Below the pieces are notes generated by a model. The model searched no databases. It was not told the origin of the DNA and was given only the letters and a program-made list of their open reading frames with translations. Positions 19,001 to 27,191 of a DNA stretch of 64,000 nt are shown here, piece by piece. Source of the DNA: Chloroflexota bacterium (GTDB taxonomy: Bacteria; Chloroflexota; UBA6077; FW602-bin22); the NCBI GenBank assembly GCA_016875715.1, contig VGOZ01000001.1, forward strand, positions 41,690 to 105,689. Direction: 5' to 3'. Within the stretch, counting starts at the first letter, position 1. Every line of letters starts with the position of its first letter. The translations under genes were made by a program, and so were the position numbers.

Positions 19001-19855
19001 GATCCGGCTGAAGGTGACGTGCCACGCCATCGTCGCCAGGATCGCCGCGGAGAGCAGGCCGTACGTCGCGCCGAACAGGGCACGACCGAGCAAGAAGATC
19101 GCGACGATCCCCAGCGATCCGAAGAGCGCGGGAACGAACCTCAGGACCGGCTCACCGGGGCCGAACAGGGCGACTAGCGGCGCGGAGAGGTACCAGGCCA
19201 TCGCCGGCAGCCCCTGCACCGGGCCAGCGCCTGCGACCGGTCGGTAGCTCGGCTCGCTCAGGATTCTCTGGATCTCGATGCCGGCGAACGCCTCGTCGGC
19301 CCACAGACCGAAGGGGATTTCGCCGAGGCGGAACATGCGCGCGCCGAGAGCCACCAGGAACAGGACGCCGACCGCGAGGGCGGCCCATCGGTTGCGCCAC
19401 AGCATCGCGCGCAGACTCGGTCGCGCGTCCAGGAAATAGGCTCCGGCCAGAGCCAGCGGCAGGCTTCCTGCGTAGAATGCCCAGGCGGTCGTGCCGCCGT
19501 TGGCCGATCCGAACAGACCCAGGCCGATGCTGTTGACGGCCAAGCCAGCAACGATGAAGGCTGCTCCGATGGAGAATGCCTTCCCGCTACCCGGACCGGG
19601 AAGTGCCATCGGAGCAATCGGCGGAGTTGTGGGATCGGCGTCGCGCAGTGCCCTGCCGAATACGATCCCGACGATGGCGAACAGCACGACCGCGTCGTAA
19701 AGGAATGTCCGCCCTTCCAGATACCCCTGGGCGACCAGAGCGACGGCGATCGCCACCACACTCCAGAAGAGGCCGACGATCGCCTTCCGATCGATGCGCG
19801 TGATCGGGCGGGCGCGCCGAGTACCGGCCATCGCCGTCTTCACGCTGTTACTCAT
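16046..19855 (-). CDS. 1269-aa GT39/ArnT-like polytopic glycosyltransferase fused to PA14-like + PA14 + six NHL repeats
   Basis: The N-terminal roughly 560 aa are polytopic with the acidic loop motif [13 protein letters not shown]. The rest consists of a degenerate PA14-like module, a clear PA14 domain and a C-terminal NHL propeller (see the sub-features). Confidence 0.7.
   Translation of the reverse strand: [1269 protein letters not shown]
16049..16816 (-). other. six-bladed NHL-repeat beta-propeller domain (C-terminus of the 1269-aa protein)
   Basis: There are six repeats of the NHL pattern, for example [61 protein letters not shown] and [16 protein letters not shown]. Confidence 0.8.
17056..17410 (-). 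other. PA14 carbohydrate-binding-type domain
   Basis: [31 protein letters not shown]...[40 protein letters not shown]...[25 protein letters not shown] is the PA14 signature. Confidence 0.8.
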
Positions 19856-19918
19856 CGCACGGGTCGCTGTCCGCTGTCAAATGTCGTACGGGAACTATCG
19901 GCGTTACACCGCATCACA

Positions 19919-22072
19919 TCAGTCTGCCGGAATGAGGCGGTCGGCGACCAGTCGAACAATGCGGCGCTCGGGGAAGGCCGCGCGCAACTTGGCCAGATCG
20001 ACCGATGGCGTGGCCCTGGCATAGATGACATCGTTATCCAGGAAGGGCGAATTGGCAGAGAAGACCATCCCGTAGTTCCACCACTGCTGGATCGAGCCAG
20101 GATCGACAAGCACGAGGGCGTCGCTGATACCCGAACGCTCGACAGCGCTCACCGGGCCTCGGTGGACATAATTGTAGCCATTCAGCGCTCCGATCCACGG
20201 CGGCAAGTAGAGCGCTGTCGCTCCGGCGACGAGTACGACGAGCATCGCGGGTGCGAGCACGCGACCCGGTGCAGATCCCGCCTGCGCGAGAACGTGCAGG
20301 CCGCGCCCGCTCAGGAGGAGCAGGGGGCCCATCGCCTCGAAGTAGAACCGCGGTCCGTACATCACGCCATCGGCCCACCAGAAGAAGTAGCCGACCATCA
20401 CGCAGGCCGCGCTCGCCAGCAGCAGGCGATCCCAGCGTGACGCCCGCCCGAGCGCGAACGGCACAAGCGCGAACATCAGGGTGAGGGCGCCCGGCCACCC
20501 GAACAGGTGGCGATTCATCTCCGCGACATTCCTGAGTGTGTTGAGTAGTCCGCCGAACGGCGTATGCCCGCCGAGTCCTCTGTCCGGACCGAAGCCCAGG
20601 CGATCGAAACTCCACCACAATTCCATGGTGTTGTGGAGCGGGCCGCCCGCCATCACGGTGTTGTATCCGAACCAGAGGCCCAGAAACGGCGCGGCGCCTG
20701 CCCCCAGAAGGGCAATCTGGCGCATCGACCGGCGCGGATCGTCGGCGAACCGATAGGCCAGATCGACGGCGAACGGTATGCCAAAAACGATCGCGGTCCA
20801 GGGCCGAATCAGAAGCGCAATGCCGAATGCCGCGCCAGCCACGAGCGATGCGCCGCGCGATTGCCCCTCGGAGTGGGCGTATCCGAGAAGGAAGAGCAGC
20901 AGGAAGGCGAGCCCCGCCGTATGCGCCATAAAGCTGCCGTTCAGACCGAGAGCGAACGGGGAAATTAGAAACAGACTGGCCGCGACGACGCCGGTCATCG
21001 GTCGATCGATCGCCGATCCCAGTCGGAAGAGGAGAAGACTCGCCATGCCAGCCAGAATCGGATTAACGACCCATGGAAACCCCGCCAGGACGCCGAGCGC
21101 GAGAATCATCGGGAATCCAGGCGGGTACTTGGCGAACCAGCGCGTCTCATCCATCACGATGAACTCGTGCCAGAAGGCTTCGGGCACCGGGGGGACCGGC
21201 GCCCACAGACGCCCTGCGGCGAACACCTTCGCCTGAAACAGGTACCCCACCGAATCCTGCACGTGGGGGATCCGTTCGAGCAGGAGGTCGGCGACGAGTA
21301 GGGCGCTGACTGTGGTGAGCGCGGCGATTGCTACCGCGGCGAGAAGTGCCCATCGGTCTGCCGGCGGACGGTCGCTCTCGCCGATGCGCGGGTCAGATCG
21401 TCGGGCGGTCTGCCAGAGATGACCGATCAACAGGAAGACCATCCCGACGACCAGCGCGATGAGGTAGGGGGAGAGAAGGTGACGCAGCAGATCCTTTACT
21501 GCGCTCAGCCACGGGCGCGCATACGGGCCGCCGCCGATCGGCCCTTGCCAGTGGCCCTCGTCGAGACGCCACAGGATGACATCCCGGTGTTCGGGCCGCA
21601 CCATGACGAGGACACCGCCGGCGCGCCCATCACTCCCCACAGCGATCGCGCCGGCGCGTCCGCGCGCGAGCGTTGCGTCTATTCGTGCGCCGTTGGGCAG
21701 ATCGGCCAGCGTGGTTCCGATGAACCCGGCGAGTGGAGTCGCCGCCACCCCATCCGGCGTTAGAAACCAGGCTCCGCCCGACGCCGCCCATCCGGATGTG
21801 CCATGGCGCGCGAAGTCGTGCTCGAAGAGGGGCGCGCCGCCCCCATCCTGGACGCGGATGTGACGCCAACCCTGCGTCGCATCGACGGTCTGGATCCCAC
21901 GTGCCAGGGCAAGGTACGGCTCCGGAAGCGTGCTATCCGCCAGGCGCGCTGCCGGTAACGTACCGTCCAGGTAGAGGCCGAGCCGCGGTTCCATGCGCGG
22001 CGGCCGCGCCACGGCGAACGCGGCGCCTTCGACGTGTGCCACCACGAATTCGCCTTCGAGCGCGATTGCCAC
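19919..22072 (-). CDS. GT39/ArnT-like polytopic membrane protein with roughly 180-aa N-terminal globular domain
   Basis: 717-aa ORF. The C-terminal roughly 530 aa are polytopic, with loop motif IPHVQDSVGYLFQAKVFAAGRLW. The N-terminal domain is soluble-looking. The start is uncertain (a GTG, with a TM-like in-frame stretch upstream). Confidence 0.6.
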   Translation of the reverse strand: MAIALEGEFVVAHVEGAAFAVARPPRMEPRLGLYLDGTLPAARLADSTLPEPYLALARGIQTVDATQGWRHIRVQDGGGAPLFEHDFARHGTSGWAASGGAWFLTPDGVAATPLAGFIGTTLADLPNGARIDATLARGRAGAIAVGSDGRAGGVLVMVRPEHRDVILWRLDEGHWQGPIGGGPYARPWLSAVKDLLRHLLSPYLIALVVGMVFLLIGHLWQTARRSDPRIGESDRPPADRWALLAAVAIAALTTVSALLVADLLLERIPHVQDSVGYLFQAKVFAAGRLWAPVPPVPEAFWHEFIVMDETRWFAKYPPGFPMILALGVLAGFPWVVNPILAGMASLLLFRLGSAIDRPMTGVVAASLFLISPFALGLNGSFMAHTAGLAFLLLFLLGYAHSEGQSRGASLVAGAAFGIALLIRPWTAIVFGIPFAVDLAYRFADDPRRSMRQIALLGAGAAPFLGLWFGYNTVMAGGPLHNTMELWWSFDRLGFGPDRGLGGHTPFGGLLNTLRNVAEMNRHLFGWPGALTLMFALVPFALGRASRWDRLLLASAACVMVGYFFWWADGVMYGPRFYFEAMGPLLLLSGRGLHVLAQAGSAPGRVLAPAMLVVLVAGATALYLPPWIGALNGYNYVHRGPVSAVERSGISDALVLVDPGSIQQWWNYGMVFSANSPFLDNDVIYARATPSVDLAKLRAAFPERRIVRLVADRLIPAD

Positions 22073-22152
22073 CCGCTGATCATCCCGGTAAGCCCAGACG
22101 AGAACGGCGACCAGCAGGAGATTGAGGACGACGACGCCGACGGAGGAGAGGG

Positions 22153-25100
22153 CTAGCGGACCGGGGCGAACCGCAGCACCCGGTTGTTCTGGCTGTCGGC
22201 GACAAGCACCTCCCCGTTAGGTGTCACAGCCAGGCCTGTCGGAAGTGCCATCGACGCCAGATCCCGACCGGGCTTGCCGAAAACAGCAGTCACCTGACCC
22301 GCGGGCGAGAATTTGATCACGCGCTGCCCCTCTGGATCGGTGACGTACACCGATCCATCGGCATCGAGAGCGACTCCAGGCTTGTTCACAACCGACTCAG
22401 ATTCCCAGCCAAGAACGAGCCACTGCGCGGCGTACGCGCCACGAGGATCCAGTTTCTGGACGCGCCGGTTCCACGTGTCCGCCACAACGATGCTCCCGGT
22501 TCGATCGACGGCGATGCCGACGGGTTCGGCGAGCAGACCCTCGCCCGCGCCGCGACCGCCATAAGCGCCCAGGAACTGACCGGTTGGCGAGAACCGCTGG
22601 ATTCGGTGATTACCCGTGTCTGTGACCAGCACCTGACCCTGGGGATCGACCGCAATTCCTCGCGGGCCGAAGAAGTCCCCCGGCGCTTCGTTGAGGGTCG
22701 GCACAAGGCGCGAGTTGCCCCATTTCGCCTTGTAGGCGCCGTCGGACGTGAAGACCTGCACCCGGTGGTTCCAGGTATCGGCAACGTAGATGTCGCCATT
22801 CAGGCCTGCCGCAATACCCCAGGGTTCCTTGAGCTGGCCATCCTGATTTCCCTCGCCGCCGAACGACATCAGGAATCGACCATCTTGGGCGTACTTCACG
22901 ATGCGATGGTTGAAGGTGTCCGCGACGAAGATCGAGCCATCGCGGCCAAGCGCGATGGCCTTGGGATCGGCCATCTGGTTATCGCCCGACCCGCGCGTTC
23001 CGCCCAATGCCGCGGTCGCGGACACCTGACGCGTCGCCCTCTCATAGGCCGTCTCGTCGATCAACTGCTGCGAGGCGAGCGGCGCGGCCCATGCGCCCGA
23101 GGCGAGGTCGCGCCGCACGAACATCACGAAATCGGTCGAGCCGAGCGGGTTCAGCGTCTCGCGGAACATGAAGTAGCGCCAGATCCGTGCCCGCGTTCGC
23201 GGATCCTGGAAAAAGCTCTGAATCGATCCAAGGTTGATGCTGCGATAGTCCTCCGGGAACCACCAGCGCAAGCGGTAGCGCTGGCTCGCGTAACGTGCCC
23301 CCAATTGCCGGCGCACCGCCTCGTCCCGGCTACCCTCGGTGCCGATGATCATGATCGGAGCATCCATCGCTGTGCCGGGGACCGTTCCCGCGCCGATGAA
23401 CACCCGCCCGGGGTAATCGCGCAGGTACCACTCGAACGGCCATGAGACCCCGCTGTCGTAGACGATCTTGACCTTCTCTCGCCCCTGGCCTGTGCGGAAG
23501 GCGACCCGGTCGACCTCGTCGAGCACCTGTCGCACGTCCGGCGACGTCTGGGTGTAGACCAGCATCTCGACCGGGACATCGCCGTTGTAGAAGTTCACCT
23601 GCCAGGCTGTCCGTACCGAGAGCGGCACCAACACGAGCAGAGTGCTCAGAGCCGCCGCTCTGAGCGCCAGCCCCACTCCGAGTCGCGATCCCAGGGTCAC
23701 GCTCACGGTCAGGAGTACGCAGCCTGTCGCGGTGATCGCCAGCCCCTGGAAAAGCCGCGTCACGACTCCAGGCGGCGCCTGTCCGGCGAGGATCGCCGAA
23801 AGGGCGGAGAGCGGCGATGGGTCGCTCGATAGATTGGCGACCCCGCTGATCAGTGCTGCCCCCGTGAGGAAGAGCGACAGGACATAGGTCCCGAGTCGCT
23901 GCCAGGCCGGCTCGCGCGCGGTGATTTCCTGGATCAGCCGGGCGATCGCGACAGCGGCCAGGAAGGCGAGCGGGATGGCCATGTGGATGACCATCCAGGG
24001 CATCTTCTCCGAGGCCCAGCCGTAGAGGAGCAGCGCGCCGAAGGCCCAGTAGACCAGCACTAGGTGAAAGCGACGGACGGGGGTCGGGGCCCCGACTCGA
24101 TGCTTGACCAGAATGTACGCCGCGCCCGCTAGCCCGAACAGGACCGCCACAAACTCATAGAGCGGCAACAGGATCAGGTAGTAGAACCAGGGTTGGTTGC
24201 CACGCGCGACGCCCTGCTGATCAATCCAGTACTTCAGCCCGCCGATCGCACCGCTGAAGAAGCCGCCCGGGTTAGAGAAGAACGTCGTATAGAGGGCGAC
24301 GAAGATTCCCCAGAAGATCACCGCGGCCATGACCCAGATCTGGGCATTCCATCGGGTGCCCACCAGAGCGCCCAGGAGCGCCAGCAGGACGAAGATCGCC
24401 GACAGGTAGGTATTTGCGCGCGCGGGATCGACCGCGGTATGGAGGAAGATGTACTCGAAGCCCCCGGCCGCCAGAGGCAGGCTCAGCGTTCCAATCAGCA
24501 CCGAGACCTGAGCGACTGGGCTCAGGGCGGGAACCGTGCCGCGCCGCGTAACGGATCGAACGATCAGCTGCCAGATGGCCGGCAGATCCTTCCATGAGAG
24601 CGCGATGAGCAAGAAGGCCAGGTAGAACAGTTGGAGATACGTGTCCTCCTTGGTGCAGAAGGCCAGAGACAGAGACGCCACCACCAACCAGAGGTCCGCG
24701 CGACGTTGGTGGGCGATATACCGGTAGATTCCCACCAGGAACAACAACTGGAAAACCGCCAGATAGATGTCGTGCCGCTGAAATCGCGAGTAGTAGATGA
24801 TCGAAGGGCCGAACGCGAGGAACGCCGCCGCGATGAACGCGGCCAGGCGGCCGATAAACTCGCGCGTCATCCAGGCGAGGCCCACCAGCGCGATGCCGAA
24901 AAGGCTGGTCCCCAGCCGCGCCACCGCATCGGTCGCGCCGAAGAGGAAATAGAGCAGCGCCCCGATCTCGAACAGGAACGGGCCGTGCATCATCGGGTCG
25001 TGGATGTATCCACGACCGTTGAAGAGGTAATACGAATAGAGCGCGTGGAGTGATTCGTCGTGGTGGAGCATCCGAGGGCCCAGATCCCAGAGCCGCAGAA

Positions 25101-25245
25101 TGGCCGCGGCGACGATCAGCAGTCCGTACCCGAACTTCTCACCGCTGAGCGGGATGATGCCGAAGAGCGGCCGCTCCAGGATGTGCGCCAGCGGATCCGT
25201 ACGCTCCGTCTGTTGCCCATCTGACGTTCCCGTGACGACCGCCAT
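22153..25245 (-). CDS. TIGR03663-type (GT-C-like, PMT-related) membrane protein fused to a C-terminal six-bladed NHL propeller
   Basis: The N-terminus LRLWDLGPRMLHHDESLHALYSYYLFNGRGYIHDPMMHGPFLF carries the DE dipeptide and HGP tripeptide described as invariant for TIGR03663. The body is polytopic. The C-terminal 273 aa are NHL repeats. A strong SD (GGGAGAGGTAGGGG) lies before the ATG at 25245. Confidence 0.7.
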   Translation of the reverse strand: MAVVTGTSDGQQTERTDPLAHILERPLFGIIPLSGEKFGYGLLIVAAAILRLWDLGPRMLHHDESLHALYSYYLFNGRGYIHDPMMHGPFLFEIGALLYFLFGATDAVARLGTSLFGIALVGLAWMTREFIGRLAAFIAAAFLAFGPSIIYYSRFQRHDIYLAVFQLLFLVGIYRYIAHQRRADLWLVVASLSLAFCTKEDTYLQLFYLAFLLIALSWKDLPAIWQLIVRSVTRRGTVPALSPVAQVSVLIGTLSLPLAAGGFEYIFLHTAVDPARANTYLSAIFVLLALLGALVGTRWNAQIWVMAAVIFWGIFVALYTTFFSNPGGFFSGAIGGLKYWIDQQGVARGNQPWFYYLILLPLYEFVAVLFGLAGAAYILVKHRVGAPTPVRRFHLVLVYWAFGALLLYGWASEKMPWMVIHMAIPLAFLAAVAIARLIQEITAREPAWQRLGTYVLSLFLTGAALISGVANLSSDPSPLSALSAILAGQAPPGVVTRLFQGLAITATGCVLLTVSVTLGSRLGVGLALRAAALSTLLVLVPLSVRTAWQVNFYNGDVPVEMLVYTQTSPDVRQVLDEVDRVAFRTGQGREKVKIVYDSGVSWPFEWYLRDYPGRVFIGAGTVPGTAMDAPIMIIGTEGSRDEAVRRQLGARYASQRYRLRWWFPEDYRSINLGSIQSFFQDPRTRARIWRYFMFRETLNPLGSTDFVMFVRRDLASGAWAAPLASQQLIDETAYERATRQVSATAALGGTRGSGDNQMADPKAIALGRDGSIFVADTFNHRIVKYAQDGRFLMSFGGEGNQDGQLKEPWGIAAGLNGDIYVADTWNHRVQVFTSDGAYKAKWGNSRLVPTLNEAPGDFFGPRGIAVDPQGQVLVTDTGNHRIQRFSPTGQFLGAYGGRGAGEGLLAEPVGIAVDRTGSIVVADTWNRRVQKLDPRGAYAAQWLVLGWESESVVNKPGVALDADGSVYVTDPEGQRVIKFSPAGQVTAVFGKPGRDLASMALPTGLAVTPNGEVLVADSQNNRVLRFAPVR
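22156..22974 (-). other. six-bladed NHL-repeat beta-propeller domain (C-terminus of the 1030-aa protein)
   Basis: Repeats include GSIFVADTFNHRIVKYAQDGRF, GDIYVADTWNHRVQVFTSDGAY, GQVLVTDTGNHRIQRFSPTGQF, GSIVVADTWNRRVQKLDPRGAY, GSVYVTDPEGQRVIKFSPAGQV and GEVLVADSQNNRVLRFAP. Confidence 0.85.
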
Positions 25246-25322
25246 CCCCTACCTCTCCCGTTGTTGCATCGGATTATGCGGCGCCGGAATGTCCAGAGCC
25301 GTACAGAGCTTGCGAGACTGTT

Positions 25323-27191
25323 TCACTGCGCGCGAACCCAGAGTTTCACGTCGGTCATGGCCGGTGCGACGGGCGTTTCCCGATAGCGTAACCACCGCCA
25401 GACCTGCTTTGCATTCTCGAACCGGAAGTTGCCCGTCAGCGAAAGCTGGTACTGCTGACCCGCATAACGCTGGTGTGGCTGCTGTTCCGTCGCCGGGAGC
25501 AGTCTGATGGCGGGCATCGCCGTCGGGACATCGATGCGGCTGGGATTCAGTGGCTTCAGATACCAGTCGACGACATCGCTCACATCGGGCCGGACGATGA
25601 AGCTCCGATCCTTCCGATTGATCGTGAGAACCTGGATCACCTGATGGGCATCGGCTGCGAGTACCCGAACATCTACCGACGTCTGTTGCGCGCGGGGTAG
25701 CTCCGCCAGATTCCCGACGACGCGGAAGGTGAGATTGGACGTGACGTGCACCTCGTTAGCGATGAGAACGACTGCAATGCCGATGAGAAGACTGGTCCAG
25801 GCGGCGCTCGTCGCAATCTGCCGGAAATAGAGGACTGCCAGCAGAACGAGGACGATGGGGAACGCGATCAGCGCACGTTCGGCAGACACGCGGAGTTCCT
25901 CGTCGGTCGTTCCCAGAAACCCCACGGTGCGGAACGCGGCGCCGACGTAGCGGATGGCCACCGGATCTTGCGACGTCACGTGGCCGATCGCAAGCGTGAA
26001 GAGGAAGTACGCCCAGCTTACGATCGCGACCCCGGCCAGCACCATTGCCCGGGAGTGGCGTGCCGCCTCCGCGATCAGGGCCGCAGCCGCGCGAGCGCCG
26101 AGAACCGTCAAGGGAACCACCGCCATCGCGGCGTGGTCAGGAGTGCCTCTCAGGATCGTGGCGACGATCGCGATGCCTGCCCAAACGAGAAGCATCACCG
26201 TGAGTTCATCAGCGCGGCTGGCGGTTGGGACGGCCCGCCCGCGGGCCATCATCGCCACGAACGCGAGCGCCGCCATCGCCGACATGAGCGCATAGCCCGC
26301 CAGGAGGAGTACCCCTAAACGCGGTGCATCCGCTGCCGGCGCGGTGGTGAGCGCAGTGGCCCAGTGGCCGAGCGGTTCGAAGACCCCACGGCCTAGCCCC
26401 GAGATGTCGGTGAAACCCCCGGTCGCCAGACCGAGCAGCGCACTCAGGCCCAGCAGAAGCGTTGGCGCGGGCACGGGTGACGCGGCGGGCCGTCCCTTCT
26501 CCCTGGCCGACGCCGAACGAGCGGAGATTGCCCAGACAATGGCGACCGCGGCCAGAGCGTGGAACACCCCGAAGCCACTCACCAACCCGACGGCGATCGC
26601 GAGCATAAGTAAGGTCCAGGACGTGCGCGGTTCGCGCGCCCGTGCCATCAATCCCGCAACGAGGAGCCCGGCGAGCGCCGCGATCCCGACGCCGCCCGCC
26701 TGCCGTGCCTGATCGACCAGGAGTGGCGCTACGGCCAGACCGAGCGCGGCCACCATAGCCGCCGTTCTGCCGATCATCGGCCGCATCGGAAGAACCGCGA
26801 GCGGAATCAGCGCGCCAAGGACGGCGGGGATGATGCGGACCACTGCGTCCGATCGCCCGCCAAGCTCCACCGCCAGACGAATCCCGAATTCCTGGAGAGA
26901 ACCGACTGTCGCGGGCATCACATCCATCGCGCTCAGTGCGATGCGAGCCTCCACAGGAGAGAGCGGTATCGCCGCGAGATCGAATAAGCGGAGCCCGAGC
27001 GACGCGATCAGGGCGAACGCGTACAGCAAGATCTCCAGCGTCAGGTCTTGCAGTGGAATCCGTCCGGTCTTGCTCGCGTTCGCGCCGATCTCGCCACCAG
27101 AGAGGTCGGGTAAGGACGTGATGTCCGCCGGAGTGGCGCCCCTGCGCGTGCGGGTTCCGCTGCGAACACGACGCTGTGGTGCACTGCTCAT
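25323..27191 (-). CDS. TIGR03663-like polytopic membrane protein lacking the DE/HGP motifs (possible non-catalytic paralog)
   Basis: The ATG at 27191 overlaps the upstream stop (ATGA). The N-terminus LRLFDLAAIPLSPVEARIALSAMDV aligns with LRLWDLGPRMLHHDESLHALYSYYL of the downstream gene. The C-terminus RYAGQQYQLSLTGNFRF...WRWLRYRETP aligns with RYASQRYRLRWWFPEDY...WRYFMFRETL. The longer 27461 start lies inside the upstream gene. Confidence 0.6.
   Translation of the reverse strand: MSSAPQRRVRSGTRTRRGATPADITSLPDLSGGEIGANASKTGRIPLQDLTLEILLYAFALIASLGLRLFDLAAIPLSPVEARIALSAMDVMPATVGSLQEFGIRLAVELGGRSDAVVRIIPAVLGALIPLAVLPMRPMIGRTAAMVAALGLAVAPLLVDQARQAGGVGIAALAGLLVAGLMARAREPRTSWTLLMLAIAVGLVSGFGVFHALAAVAIVWAISARSASAREKGRPAASPVPAPTLLLGLSALLGLATGGFTDISGLGRGVFEPLGHWATALTTAPAADAPRLGVLLLAGYALMSAMAALAFVAMMARGRAVPTASRADELTVMLLVWAGIAIVATILRGTPDHAAMAVVPLTVLGARAAAALIAEAARHSRAMVLAGVAIVSWAYFLFTLAIGHVTSQDPVAIRYVGAAFRTVGFLGTTDEELRVSAERALIAFPIVLVLLAVLYFRQIATSAAWTSLLIGIAVVLIANEVHVTSNLTFRVVGNLAELPRAQQTSVDVRVLAADAHQVIQVLTINRKDRSFIVRPDVSDVVDWYLKPLNPSRIDVPTAMPAIRLLPATEQQPHQRYAGQQYQLSLTGNFRFENAKQVWRWLRYRETPVAPAMTDVKLWVRAQ

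Noticed and set aside
19856-19918. A TTGACA hexamer (minus strand) about 25 nt upstream of the start of gene F, as a possible internal promoter.
   Set aside because: There is no acceptable -10 hexamer at 16-19 nt spacing. The evidence is too weak to call.
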